A stretch of DNA of 64,000 bases from Chrysemys picta bellii. Taxonomy: Eukaryota. Of this stretch, positions 51,742-64,000 are shown piece after piece; within the stretch, counting starts at the first letter, position 1, and each line of letters starts with the position of its first letter. The stretch lies in assembly GCF_011386835.1 (NCBI RefSeq), contig NC_088794.1:122388001-122452000 (forward strand), read 5' to 3'. The notes under the pieces were generated by a model. The model was not told the DNA's origin, searched no databases, and saw only the letters and a program-made list of their open reading frames with translations. The translations under genes were made by a program, and so were the position numbers.

Positions 51742-52205
51742 TTAGCTAATACTTATAAATAGTAATAAATGAACCATGGTTATAATTCCATCAAGAAGGG
51801 CTGCTGAAATTAAATAAGGATTAAATTTTGTTAATGAAGAGATCGGCATGTGAATCTTCTTATTGTCTGAAATAAGTCAGACATCAGATATAAAACTGAA
51901 TCATTCTCTGCCTCCAAATTTAAAAGGATGTATTCGATTCAAGGATTGTTATAATGGTCTGGGTGCTAAACATGGAAAGCGATCCTTTGTTATTTTTTAA
52001 TCAAGTTGTATACACAATATCATCCTAACTGGGACTAGTATTTCCTTAAGTGTATTTATGTGTAGACTGGAAAGTATGCTTTATGACAGATAATCTACAG
52101 CCATGGTAAGCCTTTAATTTAAGAACATTTTACATTATAAATTAAAATTAGATTCTTCAGTAACTCTTTAAAGTTGACATCAACTTGTATTAATTATTCA
52201 AACTA

Positions 52206-52460
<255 letters not shown>

Positions 52461-52654
52461 CTAGCTCGTATTTTAGTCAATTAAAATATTTTGTTACTTA
52501 ATGTAGTTTAACGTCTCTCTCCTTCCCATTTTTTTTCATTTAGCTTATTCCCTCCTAAGAAAACCCACTCCTAAAAAGCATGGAACTAAAATGACATTGG
52601 CTGCCATCATACTTTTCACTGTTTGTGTGTTATATCCGTTTCCCTCAGCCTGAC

Positions 52655-52780
52655 TCTGTCTTGTCTATTTAAATTGTGAGCTCTCCAGGGCAGGGACCCT
52701 CTACAACTCTGTACAGTGCCAAGCACAGTGGGGCACCATTCTTGATTGGCCCTTAGGCACTAATGTAATAAACAAAATAA
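52655..52780 (+). mobile_element. L2-type 3' tail (L2 LINE or L2-tailed SINE)
   Basis: TTGTGAGCTCTCCAGGGCAGGGACC...TGTACAGTGCCAAGCACAGTGGGG...TAATAAACAAAATAA. Confidence 0.6.
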
Positions 52781-55337
52781 AGGCATTATAAGTTTATTCC
52801 TTAAAGATTCCATTAGCATTTGTATAGGAAAAATATTAATATGCAATATATACCAGTCTAAAAAAAATAAAATTCAGATTATAGATAAATTTATTAAACC
52901 TTAACAGTTTTTAAACCAAGGTCGATTTGCTTTTCGACTGTTTTAATCTCATCTTTCAAAAACACATTCATTCTTTGATTTGAATGAATTATGTATATTA
53001 ATCTATAAAGATGATCAATTTTGCTGAAATCTCTGAATTACTGTCCAGAGGAAAAATAAATCAAAGGCATAGTTAGATTACAGATTCTGTAATTCATATG
53101 GTGCTCCTCAATTTCCTGCACTATAATGCTTCTTCCCTGCTGTAGTGAAATGGCATTTAGAAAACTCTTTTGTGTAGTGACTAAAATCATATGATGTGAA
53201 GAAAGGAGTGAATTTCCCAAACTACTGGTTTAGTACTATAGGTTAAACACTACCTGTGAGCCATAACAGTAAAACAAGGAGAGTGTGAAGGAAGAGAAGA
53301 GAGAAGGAAAGAGGGAAGCAAAAGAAAATACAGGAAAAGAAACTGAAGAGGAAAACTGAAAGAGAAGCAATGGGAAAGGTGTTGATGGGGAAATAGGAAA
53401 CAGAATAAGATTTGTAGCATGTATTTTTAATTATTATTATTGTTTATTTTTTATGCAGTGCCTTCAATGTTCTAGATGCTTCATAGAACAAGTAAAAGAT
53501 ATGGTCCCTGTTCTGTAGAGTTCACAGCCCACAAATGGAAAAGGCATGAGATGGTAGACAATGGGGATGAGGAAATGGCAGGAAAAAGGCCAGATTCTCC
53601 ATTTCCCCCTTCTTGTACTGGGTGCAGAAAACAAGGTCAGTGGAGACTAAGTTATTTTTGTGTCTCCCTAATTTTGGCCCAGAATAAGGGCCTTCCCAGC
53701 TCTAAACACAACGTAGAGCAGCCAAACACAGCTTCTTAGAGCAGAACTGAGACACCAGGGTAGAGCAATAACATTGTGTGGTTATTTTGATAGGCTGTGC
53801 ATGCTCTGTGGAGGTTAATTTTAATTATGTATTTTAGCTATAAGTGTTACTAGACCAAAGCATTGCATTACATTTCTGCTAAATGATTCAATTACTTATC
53901 ATGAGCAACTGCTATTTTTCAACAGATAGTCATAAATATTGATGTGTAAGTATGCAGGCTTCCATTGCTCTTAAAAGTGGTCTCAGCATATCTTCAGAAA
54001 TCTGTGTGGTCAAAGCATTAGCCAAGTATGCAAACATATTGCATACATCAAGTTCCCTTAGGTGGTCACCCATACATCTTCTGTATTTGATTAGTAAGAT
54101 AGGTGAAGAGTCTCAAAATGCAATTCAGGGAACAAGAGGAGGAGATCTGGCTTTTAGTACTTTTGATCTACGTTAAATGCACACGCACACACGCACACAC
54201 ACCCTTTTGTCACCATTTTTTTTTCCAGGAAAACTGATATTTCCTAGTGATTTCCATTATCAAACATACTACAAAATTGTATGTCTTTGTGGTTTTAAGT
54301 AGTCTGTATAGTTTACATTAAAGTGTGCAATGTGTTTTAAGATTCTTCAGAACAGAAGAGAATGTACAGCAGTTATGAGCTGATTTTATTTTTACCTTTT
54401 TCAATATATTCATTGATTCTTTTGAACCTATGTGCTAAGAATACCCTTTTGGCTTTGAGACATTCAATATTACATTAGAATGTCGAGAAATAAGTAGCAA
54501 ATAAAAAAAACATATTAAAAGCAAAACATCTTTAAAAATGCAAGACTATTATTTTAGGGAAATAATCATAAATTTGATGGAGTTTTGTATTTGGATGCAG
54601 TGTATGTTAACAGCTATCTCCAAGGGAAAGCAAAAAGAATCACACCAAAATGAAAAGAAATATGTAGTGTTCTGCAATATTGAATCTTGTTGAGCTTTCA
54701 GTCTCATTAAATCTGCTGTGTGCTATTGGCATCTGCAAATGAGGCTAGAGGAGCAGAAGACAGCTCCCTCTCACAATGCTGCTTTCCTCTCTACTGCATC
54801 CCTTCTAATGCCAGCTCTGAAAGTGTAAAAAGGGATTGGAAGAAAACTGGCACTGGTAATGAAAATAAAGGATCTTCTTTTTGAAATCTGATTAAGACGG
54901 ACCCAAGGGCCATGCTACTGAATAGGTTTTCTTTAACCTTTCAAGTGTCTCATGAGTTTTCCTGACAAAGATATCTGTGTGAGAAAGGGGTGGTCAATTT
55001 ATATTTCATGGCAAGGGAAAACTGATAATTTCATTGTTACAGTTCAGGCCTGTATTTCCCCTCAGTGGTCCATCAAGGGCCCCATTCCCCGGCTTCCACT
55101 GTACGTAATGCTCCCATTGTAAAAGAGTGTTTATTTCTTTACTGTTTCAAAACTATTTGACCTAGTCAGTCTTAATCTTAATAATGAAAAATCATCACGA
55201 AATGTTTGAAATAGCTTGCATAGGTGCTTAAATAAAGTGACTGATGGTAACTACTGGAATTTCATGTTCTGAAGCACATTTGTACCGCACATAATATCTT
55301 AGTAAAACATATTTGAATGATAAAACAAAAAGACTCA

Positions 55338-55556
<219 letters not shown>

Positions 55557-56399
55557 TTAATTTTTGTAATAAATAAATAAATAATGAACACATTCTACAT
55601 TTTGGGCTAGACTGTGGCTTTATTAGTGCTATGCACTTTTAAAGGCACATGCTCTTCTCCAGTCAATGTGGAAGAAGGATAGAGCAAAGGTCATGCCTAG
55701 GCTGAGATGTCCAGCACTGCACAGAGCATGAACACTCCCCTCCCGCACTGAGAAAGTGCAAGGTATGGAATTTAGGGACAGAGCTCTCAAGTCCGTTCCG
55801 CATCATCCCTTTGCACAACCACGGAAGAGCAGCCAGGAAATCAGGAGCAGCTAAGATACTAGTTAGTATCATGTTTCACACAAAAACAGTAAGTCAGACT
55901 ATTACTACTATACTTCAAGCACAATGTTTGATGGAAATCATCTTCAGTGTCCAGCTATTAGGTACAGCACACTTCCCTCAATGGAGTACAGATACGGTCA
56001 GTTTAAAAAAGGAAAGAAGAAAGAATCTAACTCAATGGAACATAACTATGGTTTTCTTTAACTGTACGTCCTATTTTTGAGGAGTAGTAAAGTTAAGCCT
56101 AACTACCTTAGGTATTCAGAAGCAATGATACTGAAAAATATTTAAAACCAGTAACAACTAAATGCTTGGGAAGTACAAAATGTTTCTGTTAAGTAAGTGC
56201 AGAATTCTTTATGTTTCAAATTATTGGTGATATTTAATACATAAGATATTATATCAATGTGGAGAAAATACATTCCCATGATTGACTCTGCTGATTTTAT
56301 CTGTCATTGGTTTCCCTTGAAGTCACATCTCTATCTAAGGCACTAATATAGCCTCCATTATCATAGTATCTGAGTTCCTCACAATCTTGATGATGTTAT

Positions 56400-56690
56400 A
56401 TGCATTGAAAACATTTAATTCCCAGATATCCTGATTCACTTTCCAAGCTGTTTACGGTATTTACATGACTCATTGCCACCCACCACTGAAATGCAGCTGA
56501 TTCTGTGCAGGGAATGACACAACTGTTTATCTGTGTACAGCAACATCACATAACATCAAATGACTAAAAGTGAAGAAAAATATTATATCCAATTGAAACT
56601 GCAGTGGGCATTTAGGCAGGATGGATACATGGGAATGTGGCCAGGAAACTGCTACTAAACACCATCCCTATGCTTGTGAAAAGTTGCCCA
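56400..56690 (-). mobile_element. AmnSINE-like SINE, 3' half (Deu-domain region)
   Basis: TATCCAATTGAAACTGCAGTGGGCATTTAGGCAGG and CCACCCACCACTGAAATGCAGC resemble the recalled reverse AmnSINE1 consensus. Confidence 0.65.
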
Positions 56691-56699
56691 TACTTTTAA

Positions 56700-57850
56700 A
56701 AAAATTACTTATTTATCTAGATTTGTATGCAAAAGTAAAGAGAGGCACTTATCCACCCTTCCTAAGCATCCTTGGTATAAATTACAAAAACAGAAATAAA
56801 ACTGAAGTGCCAGCAGAAGACAAAACTTCCCCACAGGTTCACCGCTCTCAAACTTCACCCTTAGATGCAGCTTGGACCAACAACTACCGTTTGCACTGTG
56901 ACACAAAGGTCAACTGACTCAGATTATACTGGACCAGAAGAGGGAAGCCTGTTCCAGAGCTAAAGGCCACTCAAGGAGAACACTCTACACACCAGCCCCC
57001 CTCTTTTAAATCAAGGGGAATCCAGCTCAAAACACATCTTCCAATTGCAACTCTGATAGAGAGGCAGTCTGTCCCAAGCCATTTAGGGCTTTAGAGGTCA
57101 CAAACAACAATTTAAAGTCAGTCTGGAAACCAATAGGCAGCTACAGTCGATCATACAGAACAGTGTCATGTTCGGCCATTCAGAAGTACCAGTTAATAAG
57201 CAAGTTGCCACATTGTGCACCAGCTTAACTTATTAAATTTACTTAAGATATAGTACCATGTACAGCACATTGCAGCAGTCCAGTCTTCAAGTGACAAAGG
57301 TGTGGGTCCTGGTTTAGCATCTCAAAGAAATGGTCACAATCTTTTAGCAAGGCACAGATCATTTTCATAGACTCCAAGGGCAGAAGAGACACTGTGATCA
57401 TCTAGTCTGACCTCCTGTATACCAAAGGCCATAGGACTTCTCCAAACTAATTTCCTTTGAATTAGAGCATAACTTTTAAAATAATCCATCATAATCCTTG
57501 GTACATTGAGGATAATTACCCATGGCAACAAAGAGCATTCCTGGACACTTTTGCTGTATGATCATCCCACAGCAGCTGGGCAATGCAACAATACACCCAG
57601 ACTGTGAACAAGAACCACCCCATGGTGGGCCCAAAACCTTAATAAAAGTGGAAAAGTTATTCTCTTAATTTCTTCCGGTTGCCTCTCCCAATTTAACAAC
57701 ATCACCTCAGTCTTATCTGGAATGAACTTCAGCCAGCAAGTTCCCTGCAGAATTCCACATAAAAGTACCTTAAGGGAAGAGGTACTACCTCCCTGTACCA
57801 CCTTCTGGGAATCTTTAGGCAGGAGAGAACAGAGTCACCCTAGAGCTTCT
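56700..57850 (-). mobile_element. Degenerate L2 LINE fragment, itself interrupted by a short CR1 piece (~57360-57495)
   Basis: Peptide WLKFIPDKTEVMLL...VHSLGVLL (57562-57801, -) resembles the L2 RT C-terminus; reverse CR1 tail CATAGACTCCAAGGGCAGAAG...TCATCTAGTCTGACCTCCTG. Confidence 0.6.
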
Positions 57851-57869
57851 CTAGAGTCCACAGATAATT

Positions 57870-58112
57870 CTTCATGTTTAATGAACACAAGAGATGAGAA
57901 TCTCATGTTTTAGGTCTCAGCTGAAAGAGGGCATATTATTACAATGACCTAATTATACTGGGCTGCTAAATATTGACTTGAAGGGAAAAGTGGTACCAAC
58001 CAAAACACTAAACAACTTCTCATAGATGCTAGATTTCTCTTGGGGATCTCCCATCCAAGTATAGATCAGTCCTGATCCTGGTAAGATATGATGACCTCAC
58101 AATCTGGGGTGG
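57870..58112 (-). mobile_element. AmnSINE-like SINE, 5' half with a 5S-rRNA-derived head
   Basis: TCTCCCATCCAAGTA...GGGGTGGTATGGCTG matches the reverse complement of the 5S rRNA 5' region; followed by GTCTCAGCTGAAAGAGGGCA. Confidence 0.7.
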
Positions 58113-58509
58113 TATGGCTGTTTTTTATACCTTTTTATAAACTTTCTACATTAAATGCATACTGCATATTGTGACTTATTCCCCAAAAATTTGGATCTCG
58201 TTTAGTTAAATTTTGTCTTGGAACAAGCATGGACCCAAAGGTCAAACCTTCCTATCATTTTTTGTAAAGTAATAAAATAGAATGGGACTAGATGGGAATA
58301 TTTTTAGTGATCAAAAATCAATACATATGAAATGTATACAACACTGGGAGTATCTGAATTCATAACCTTTTTCTAAAGAGAATTCTGAATTAAAATTAAA
58401 TGAATAAGCTCTAGAAATAATAAGTTTATATACTAATCAGTAGGTTACAGCAATCTATTATGCAAATAGGCATTTATGGCAGAAAAGTTCAGGATAACTC
58501 ATTTTACTA

Positions 58510-58887
<378 letters not shown>

Positions 58888-59818
58888 TTATTCATCCCCA
58901 CAATAGTCAAAAAAGTAGCTGAAACTCCAAACTGTTCCTCCTATATAAATCCTGGAATGGCATATCTCCAATGCTTTAAACCCTAGAAAACTACACACAT
59001 ATACAAACTACGTACCCAGCATAGGAAACATTCCAGAATAGAGAAAGGTGGTGTGCGGGAGAACAATGAAATGAGGAGACAGATCAAGAAGAATGGAAGA
59101 CTGAAAGACTTGATGACCAAGACAGCATCTGGTGAAGATGCTATGTCTACTTGTAGGCTTTAATTTTCAAAGGGGCCTAATGATCAGGGCCTTACTCCTA
59201 TTGTATTTCAATGAGATTTGGGAGACTAACTACCTTAGGTCCTCTGAAAATCCCAGCTCTAGCATCCGGTCAAAATATGCAGAGATTTCCAGGGGGCTGC
59301 TCTGCAGATTTTTCTCCAAAGCTGCTCTATTTCTCTCTGTCCAAGATGAGTAGAGTACATTCAACAAAATCAGTCTAAGACTCGAAGATGGTGCCTTTCC
59401 AGCCTATATATAGTTTTCAAAATTAGATGTTCTGACCCATTTGAAGATGGTTGTCTTAGATGCTTTTTTCTTACCTGCACAGCAGATGAACAAAGTATCT
59501 GACTACCTAAAGTACTTTGTCCTATCCAGGAGGCATTTGATGCCTCTGTAGCTATCCAGATGGAAGCATATGAACTCTTGAGGATGAGCAAGTTTAAGAT
59601 AGTGGCATCTTGACTGAAATGGTAAGGAGAAACTTACTAGACAGGCCCTTACTAAACATACTATACAGGATCTATCTTTGCCCATGTGTGGGTCATTTTC
59701 ATTACATCCACTCATCACTCCTGATGGATTTCTCCTTGGTCAGCAAAGACCACCAGATGGGAAAGTGGCCAGTCATTGGGTAGTGTATCATGTCGGCACC
59801 CAGGGTTCAGGGCTCTGG

Positions 59819-60759
59819 TAGGGTTGCCAGATGTCCGGTTTTAGATCGGAACACCCAGTCGAGAAGGAACCCTGGCGACTCCAGTCAGCACCACTGACGG
59901 GGCTGCTAAAAGTCTGGTCGGCTGTGCAGTGGGTCTAAGGCAGGCTTTCTGTCTGCCCTGGTTCCGAGCAGCTCCCAGAAGCGGTGGCATGTCCGTCTCT
60001 AAGGCACAGGGACAGCCTTGGGGGCTCTGTGTGCTGCTCCTGCCCCAAGCGCTGGCTCTGCAGCTCCCACTGACTGGGAACTGTGGCCAATGGGAGCTGC
60101 GGGGGTGGCGCCTGCAGGCATGGGAAGCACACAGAACCCCCTGGCCTCTCCACCTAGGAGCCAGACATGCCGGCTGCTTCCTGGGAGCCACGTGGAGCCA
60201 GGAAGCCTGCCTTAGCCCTGCTGCGCCATGGACCGGGAGCCGCCTGAGGTAAGCGCTGCCCAGACGGAGCCCACACCCCAACCCCCTGCCCCAGCTCAGA
60301 ACTGCCTCTCGCACCCTAATTCCCTCCCAGAGCCCACACCCTGCACACACGCCCACAGCTCAACTCCCTGCCCCAGCCCTGAGCCCCCTCCTGCACCCCA
60401 AACACCTCATCCCCAGTCCCAACCCAGAGCCCACAGCCCAGCTGGAGCCCACACACCCTTCTGCACCCCAACCCGCTGCCCCAGCCCTGAGCCCTCTCCT
60501 GCACCCTGAACCCATCATTTCTGGCCCCACTGCGGAGCCCGTACCCCCAGCCAGAGCCCTCACCCACTCCTGCACTCCAGCCCCTTGCCCCAGCCTCATG
60601 AAAGTGAATGAGGGTGGGGGAGAGTGAATGACAGAGGGAGAGGGCATGGAGTGAGTGGGAGGTGGGGCCTCAGAGAAGGGGTAGGGGCCTCAGGAAGTGG
60701 CGTGGCAGGGGTGGGGCAAGGGTGTTCAGTTTTGTGCGATTAGAAAGTTGGCAACCTTA
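59819..60759. mobile_element. Non-autonomous hAT element with GC-skewed minisatellite-like interior
   Basis: Ends TAGGGTTGCCA / TGGCAACCTTA; TSD GGCTCTGG/GGCTCTGA. Confidence 0.88.
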
Positions 60760-61303
60760 GGCTCTGAGTGCACCAGCAACTTTGTAGTCATGGTCTGGGT
60801 ATGAACTTGCCAGTTGGGAAGGGGAGAGAGAGAAGGAGCAGGACAATGCAGAAGAGAGGATGGGCAACAAAACCCAAGGTCCTGTGGTCTAAAACCTTGA
60901 ACTCAGAGCAGAGATGCTATGAATGACTGTTTACTATAATTGGGCCTGTGTTGTAATTTCAGAGATTATAATTTCAGAGGAGGAGCAGTTTAGGCATCAC
61001 ATTTCTGAGAGTTTCAGCTTGTTCTGTGGTCTTTGAGTGTCAATCAGTCAAGTCTCTAGAGGACTCCTTCTGGGTGTGAAAAGATTTATATTGAGTAGAA
61101 AGAAATAGATTCGATACAAAACAATGAAACAAGGTTTACTTTCATTATTATAAATGGAGGTCAAGGGATTTTCTTATCCATTGTTTACAAGGATGATTCA
61201 CTGGAAATACATTTGGCAATTATCACAATAGTTGAGCACATTTATCTTATTTTTAACTTGTACAATATATGCTATGTAACATTTATTACAATCATTTTTT
61301 TCA

Positions 61304-61591
<288 letters not shown>

Positions 61592-62289
61592 TCAACAATT
61601 ATTTGTTATATGCTTACAAACAAAGGCAACATTTTTGCTACTGAAAGCCAATGAGTTTTTTAACACTAGAAAAATGAAATTGTTTTGGTAAAAAAAAAAA
61701 GGGGGAAATTTTGGTCTCACCTTATAAACTGACTTTTTGCAAACAAGACCACCAGTCTGGACTGCAGGCTTGTTGTTGTTGTTCCATATTATATTGGTGC
61801 AAGTAGCTCCACCCTTTAGTTGGTTGCTGAGCTTCTGAAACCCAACAGAGCCCCTCAGACCAGGAGTCCTCTCTTGTTTTCAACCTGAGATAAACTTTCC
61901 TTAGCTTGAAACAATAACTCAAAGTCTGAGAACTTCGAAACATACCTTCTCTAGTAGTATGTAACCTGGCACAGGTTTAATACCTGGGTGAGACTTTCAT
62001 ACTGGTGGTTTCTGCAGAAAGTCAGTTTACAAGACAAGAACAAAATTTCCTTTTCTATAAGGTGCCCACCAGTTTGGAATGCAAGCTTTATATCTAGCAG
62101 TATGCCAGCTGAATCACTGGTAGGCTTACTGAGGTAGAAGAACTAGAGGTGTGTATCTTGGTATGAGTTACTTAGATTGTAAACTCTCTGGGGTAGGGAT
62201 GGTCTTTCCACAATATGCATGTACATTATTAATCATGATGATGATGATGATGATTTATGACTATGGTAGTGCCTAGAAGTCAGGGACAC

Positions 62290-63256
62290 ACCAGGCGGCC
62301 AGGTAGAGAGCGGGGACGGGCTGCGCTGCTGGGCCCATTCGGGTCCGGAGCACTCGGGCCAGGCCGGGGGGAGCATGCGCGGCGGCGCGGGTCCGGGGGG
62401 AGGGGAAGCATTCGCAGTGGCAGGGGACCGGGGGGAGCATGCACGGCAGCGGGGCTGGGCACGTGCCGCTCGACAATATTGGGGCTGGCGGCCGGGGGGA
62501 GAAGCGGCGAGGGGGAGGAGGCTGGGCGCCTCAGCAGCAGCCTTGAGGGAAAGGCTCCGTTTGGCTGGGCTCAGTGCTGCCGGCCACCCCGCTGAGAACG
62601 GCCTGGCTCAGTGCACCCGCCGCGGGGGAGGGGGAGGAGGAGAGAGGGGAGGGGGCACGGCCGGAGGAGCGATGGGGGAGGGCGCGGCCTCCGCCACATC
62701 CTCCCGTGTCCTCTGGGGCGGTGGCCCTTCCCGGCAAGGCGGCCGCCGCGCAGCGCGGGAACATGGTGGCAAGAGGGACCCGCAGCTCTCCAAACGCGCT
62801 GCTGCTGCCGGCTCCGCTCCGCAGGCAGCCGCCGGCCTGTGTGTGCCAGGCGCAGCTCTGACACACACTCCCCTCCTCCTGCCCACCCTCCCTTATCACG
62901 GCTGCTCCCGCTCCCCGCCGCGGCTGCTGGGAGCCGATTAATAATTGATGGCAACAGCCCGGCTGCCGAAGCAGGGCGAGGTGTGCAGCCGGGCTCAGGC
63001 GGGCGGGTGGCCGCTTGCTGCTCAGCCTGCCGAGCTGCGAGCCCCGGCCCAGCGGGCATCGGCAGCAGAGGGGCGGGGAAAGGGCTGGCCAGGGACAATG
63101 GCAGGAGGGATGAGATGCGGGGGCGTGGGAGAGGAGCTGGGTGGGCGCGGAGCAGCCGGAGGAGGAGCCATGGGGGGCGTGGCCAGAGGAGGAGCCAAGG
63201 GGGGGCGCCTTTTTTATGTTTGCTCCCCCTGCTCTTAAAACCTGGCTACGCCACTG
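62290..63256. mobile_element. CpG-rich segment ending in one hAT-type TIR (one-ended element or captured CpG-island cargo)
   Basis: Right end ...AAAACCTGGCTACGCCACTG at 63256; no matching CAGTGGCGTAGCCAG left end seen; very GC- and CpG-rich. Confidence 0.55.
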
Positions 63257-63300
63257 ATCACAGAGACAGTCCCTTCCAAAAGAGCATACAGTCTAAGCAT

Positions 63301-63412
63301 GTTTCAGAGTAGCAGCTGTGTTAGTCTGTATCCGCAAAAAGAACAGGAGTACTTGTGGCACCTTAGAGACTAACAAATTTATTAGAGCATAAGCTTTCGT
63401 GGACTACAGTCC
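63301..63412. mobile_element. Penelope-like terminal-repeat fragment
   Basis: GTTTCAGAGTAGCAGCTGTGTTAGTCTGTATC...GGCACCTTAGAGACTAACAAATTTATT..GCATAAGCTTTCGTG; paralogous to 29602-29700. Confidence 0.8.
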
Positions 63413-64000
63413 AGTTCATGTCTAATCATGGTTTGCAATCTGTGTATAGAGCCTGGTACAATGAGGCCCCAATCCTGACTAAGGCTTGGACTTTCAGAGG
63501 TGTGTAAGTGACTCAGCAGCACAAACCTACTTGAAAAATCAGTAACAACCTTTGCAGAAGGAAGACAGAAGGACACTCCTTCAACTTATGAAGAGTCCTG
63601 AAAAGAGTGGATCCAGAAGGCTCTTTTCTGCTATGAAGATTTCCTTCATGCTGTTACACAGCCACATTGGCTTAACAAAATAGAAACCCTCCCCCTGCTC
63701 CTTTTTTTAAAACCTTACATAGCACAAAACAGGGAATCGAATCTGTGAAAATCCTGGGAAGATTCATTTGTTTGTATAGGCATCCAACTTCCTGAGCTAA
63801 GAAAACTACCTTGTCAAACCTCTCGCAGAACAGGTAGACAAGACCTTAGAACATGTTGAAGACTGTTTTCAGGTGGACCAATTTCTGAGAGCACACTAAT
63901 TCACTCTCCTTAAGGCTAATAATAAACCCCATATGAGTAAGCAGCTGTACTGACTCACAAACTAGTTTTGGAGCCTCTAGAGATGACTGAGCTTTCAGAA

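Noticed and set aside
59841-60647. Cluster of ORFs in the hAT element
   Set aside because: Stop-poor GC-rich repeat; no transposase motifs.
62099-62117. Possible EML5 micro-exon (GATTCAGCTGGCATACTG, D-S-A-G-I-L) resembling a recalled human DSADMS segment
   Set aside because: No GT donor follows and the AG gives the wrong phase for the 61575 acceptor.
62257-63312. Many ORFs (up to 233 aa) read as a nested protein-coding gene
   Set aside because: All frames are open because of extreme GC content and no protein family is recognisable; only the Kozak ATG is noted, as a lead.

Overview
Vertebrate genomic DNA, most likely from a turtle (inferred from the repeat content: turtle-type CR1, Penelope-like elements, hAT/Harbinger/Tc1 MITEs, AmnSINE). 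Two convergent genes fill the window. ZC3H14 (Nab2 orthologue, + strand) is present from the exon equivalent to human exon 3 to the stop codon: 15 coding exons, 2020-32207, all GT-AG with consistent phases and five C-terminal CCCH fingers. EML5 (- strand) contributes its last 11 coding exons, 61575-42379. Exon numbers follow human ZC3H14 from memory. Most intronic ORFs in the supplied track are repeat-derived or spurious. The strongest leads are: (1) a decayed homologue of the mammalian alternative first exon of the short ZC3H14 isoform, keeping a TATA-like motif and the splice donor; (2) a perfect 182-bp zero-spacer palindrome from a Penelope-like terminal repeat carrying a minimal hammerhead-ribozyme motif on each strand; (3) a recent ~540-bp local duplication flanking ZC3H14 exon 3 that preserves both the empty and the filled site of a Tc1/mariner MITE; (4) a ~1-kb CpG-rich segment ending in a single hAT-type TIR inside an EML5 intron. 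No database searches were run; family and gene names rest on recognition and need confirming. Nothing here is a prokaryotic-type system.
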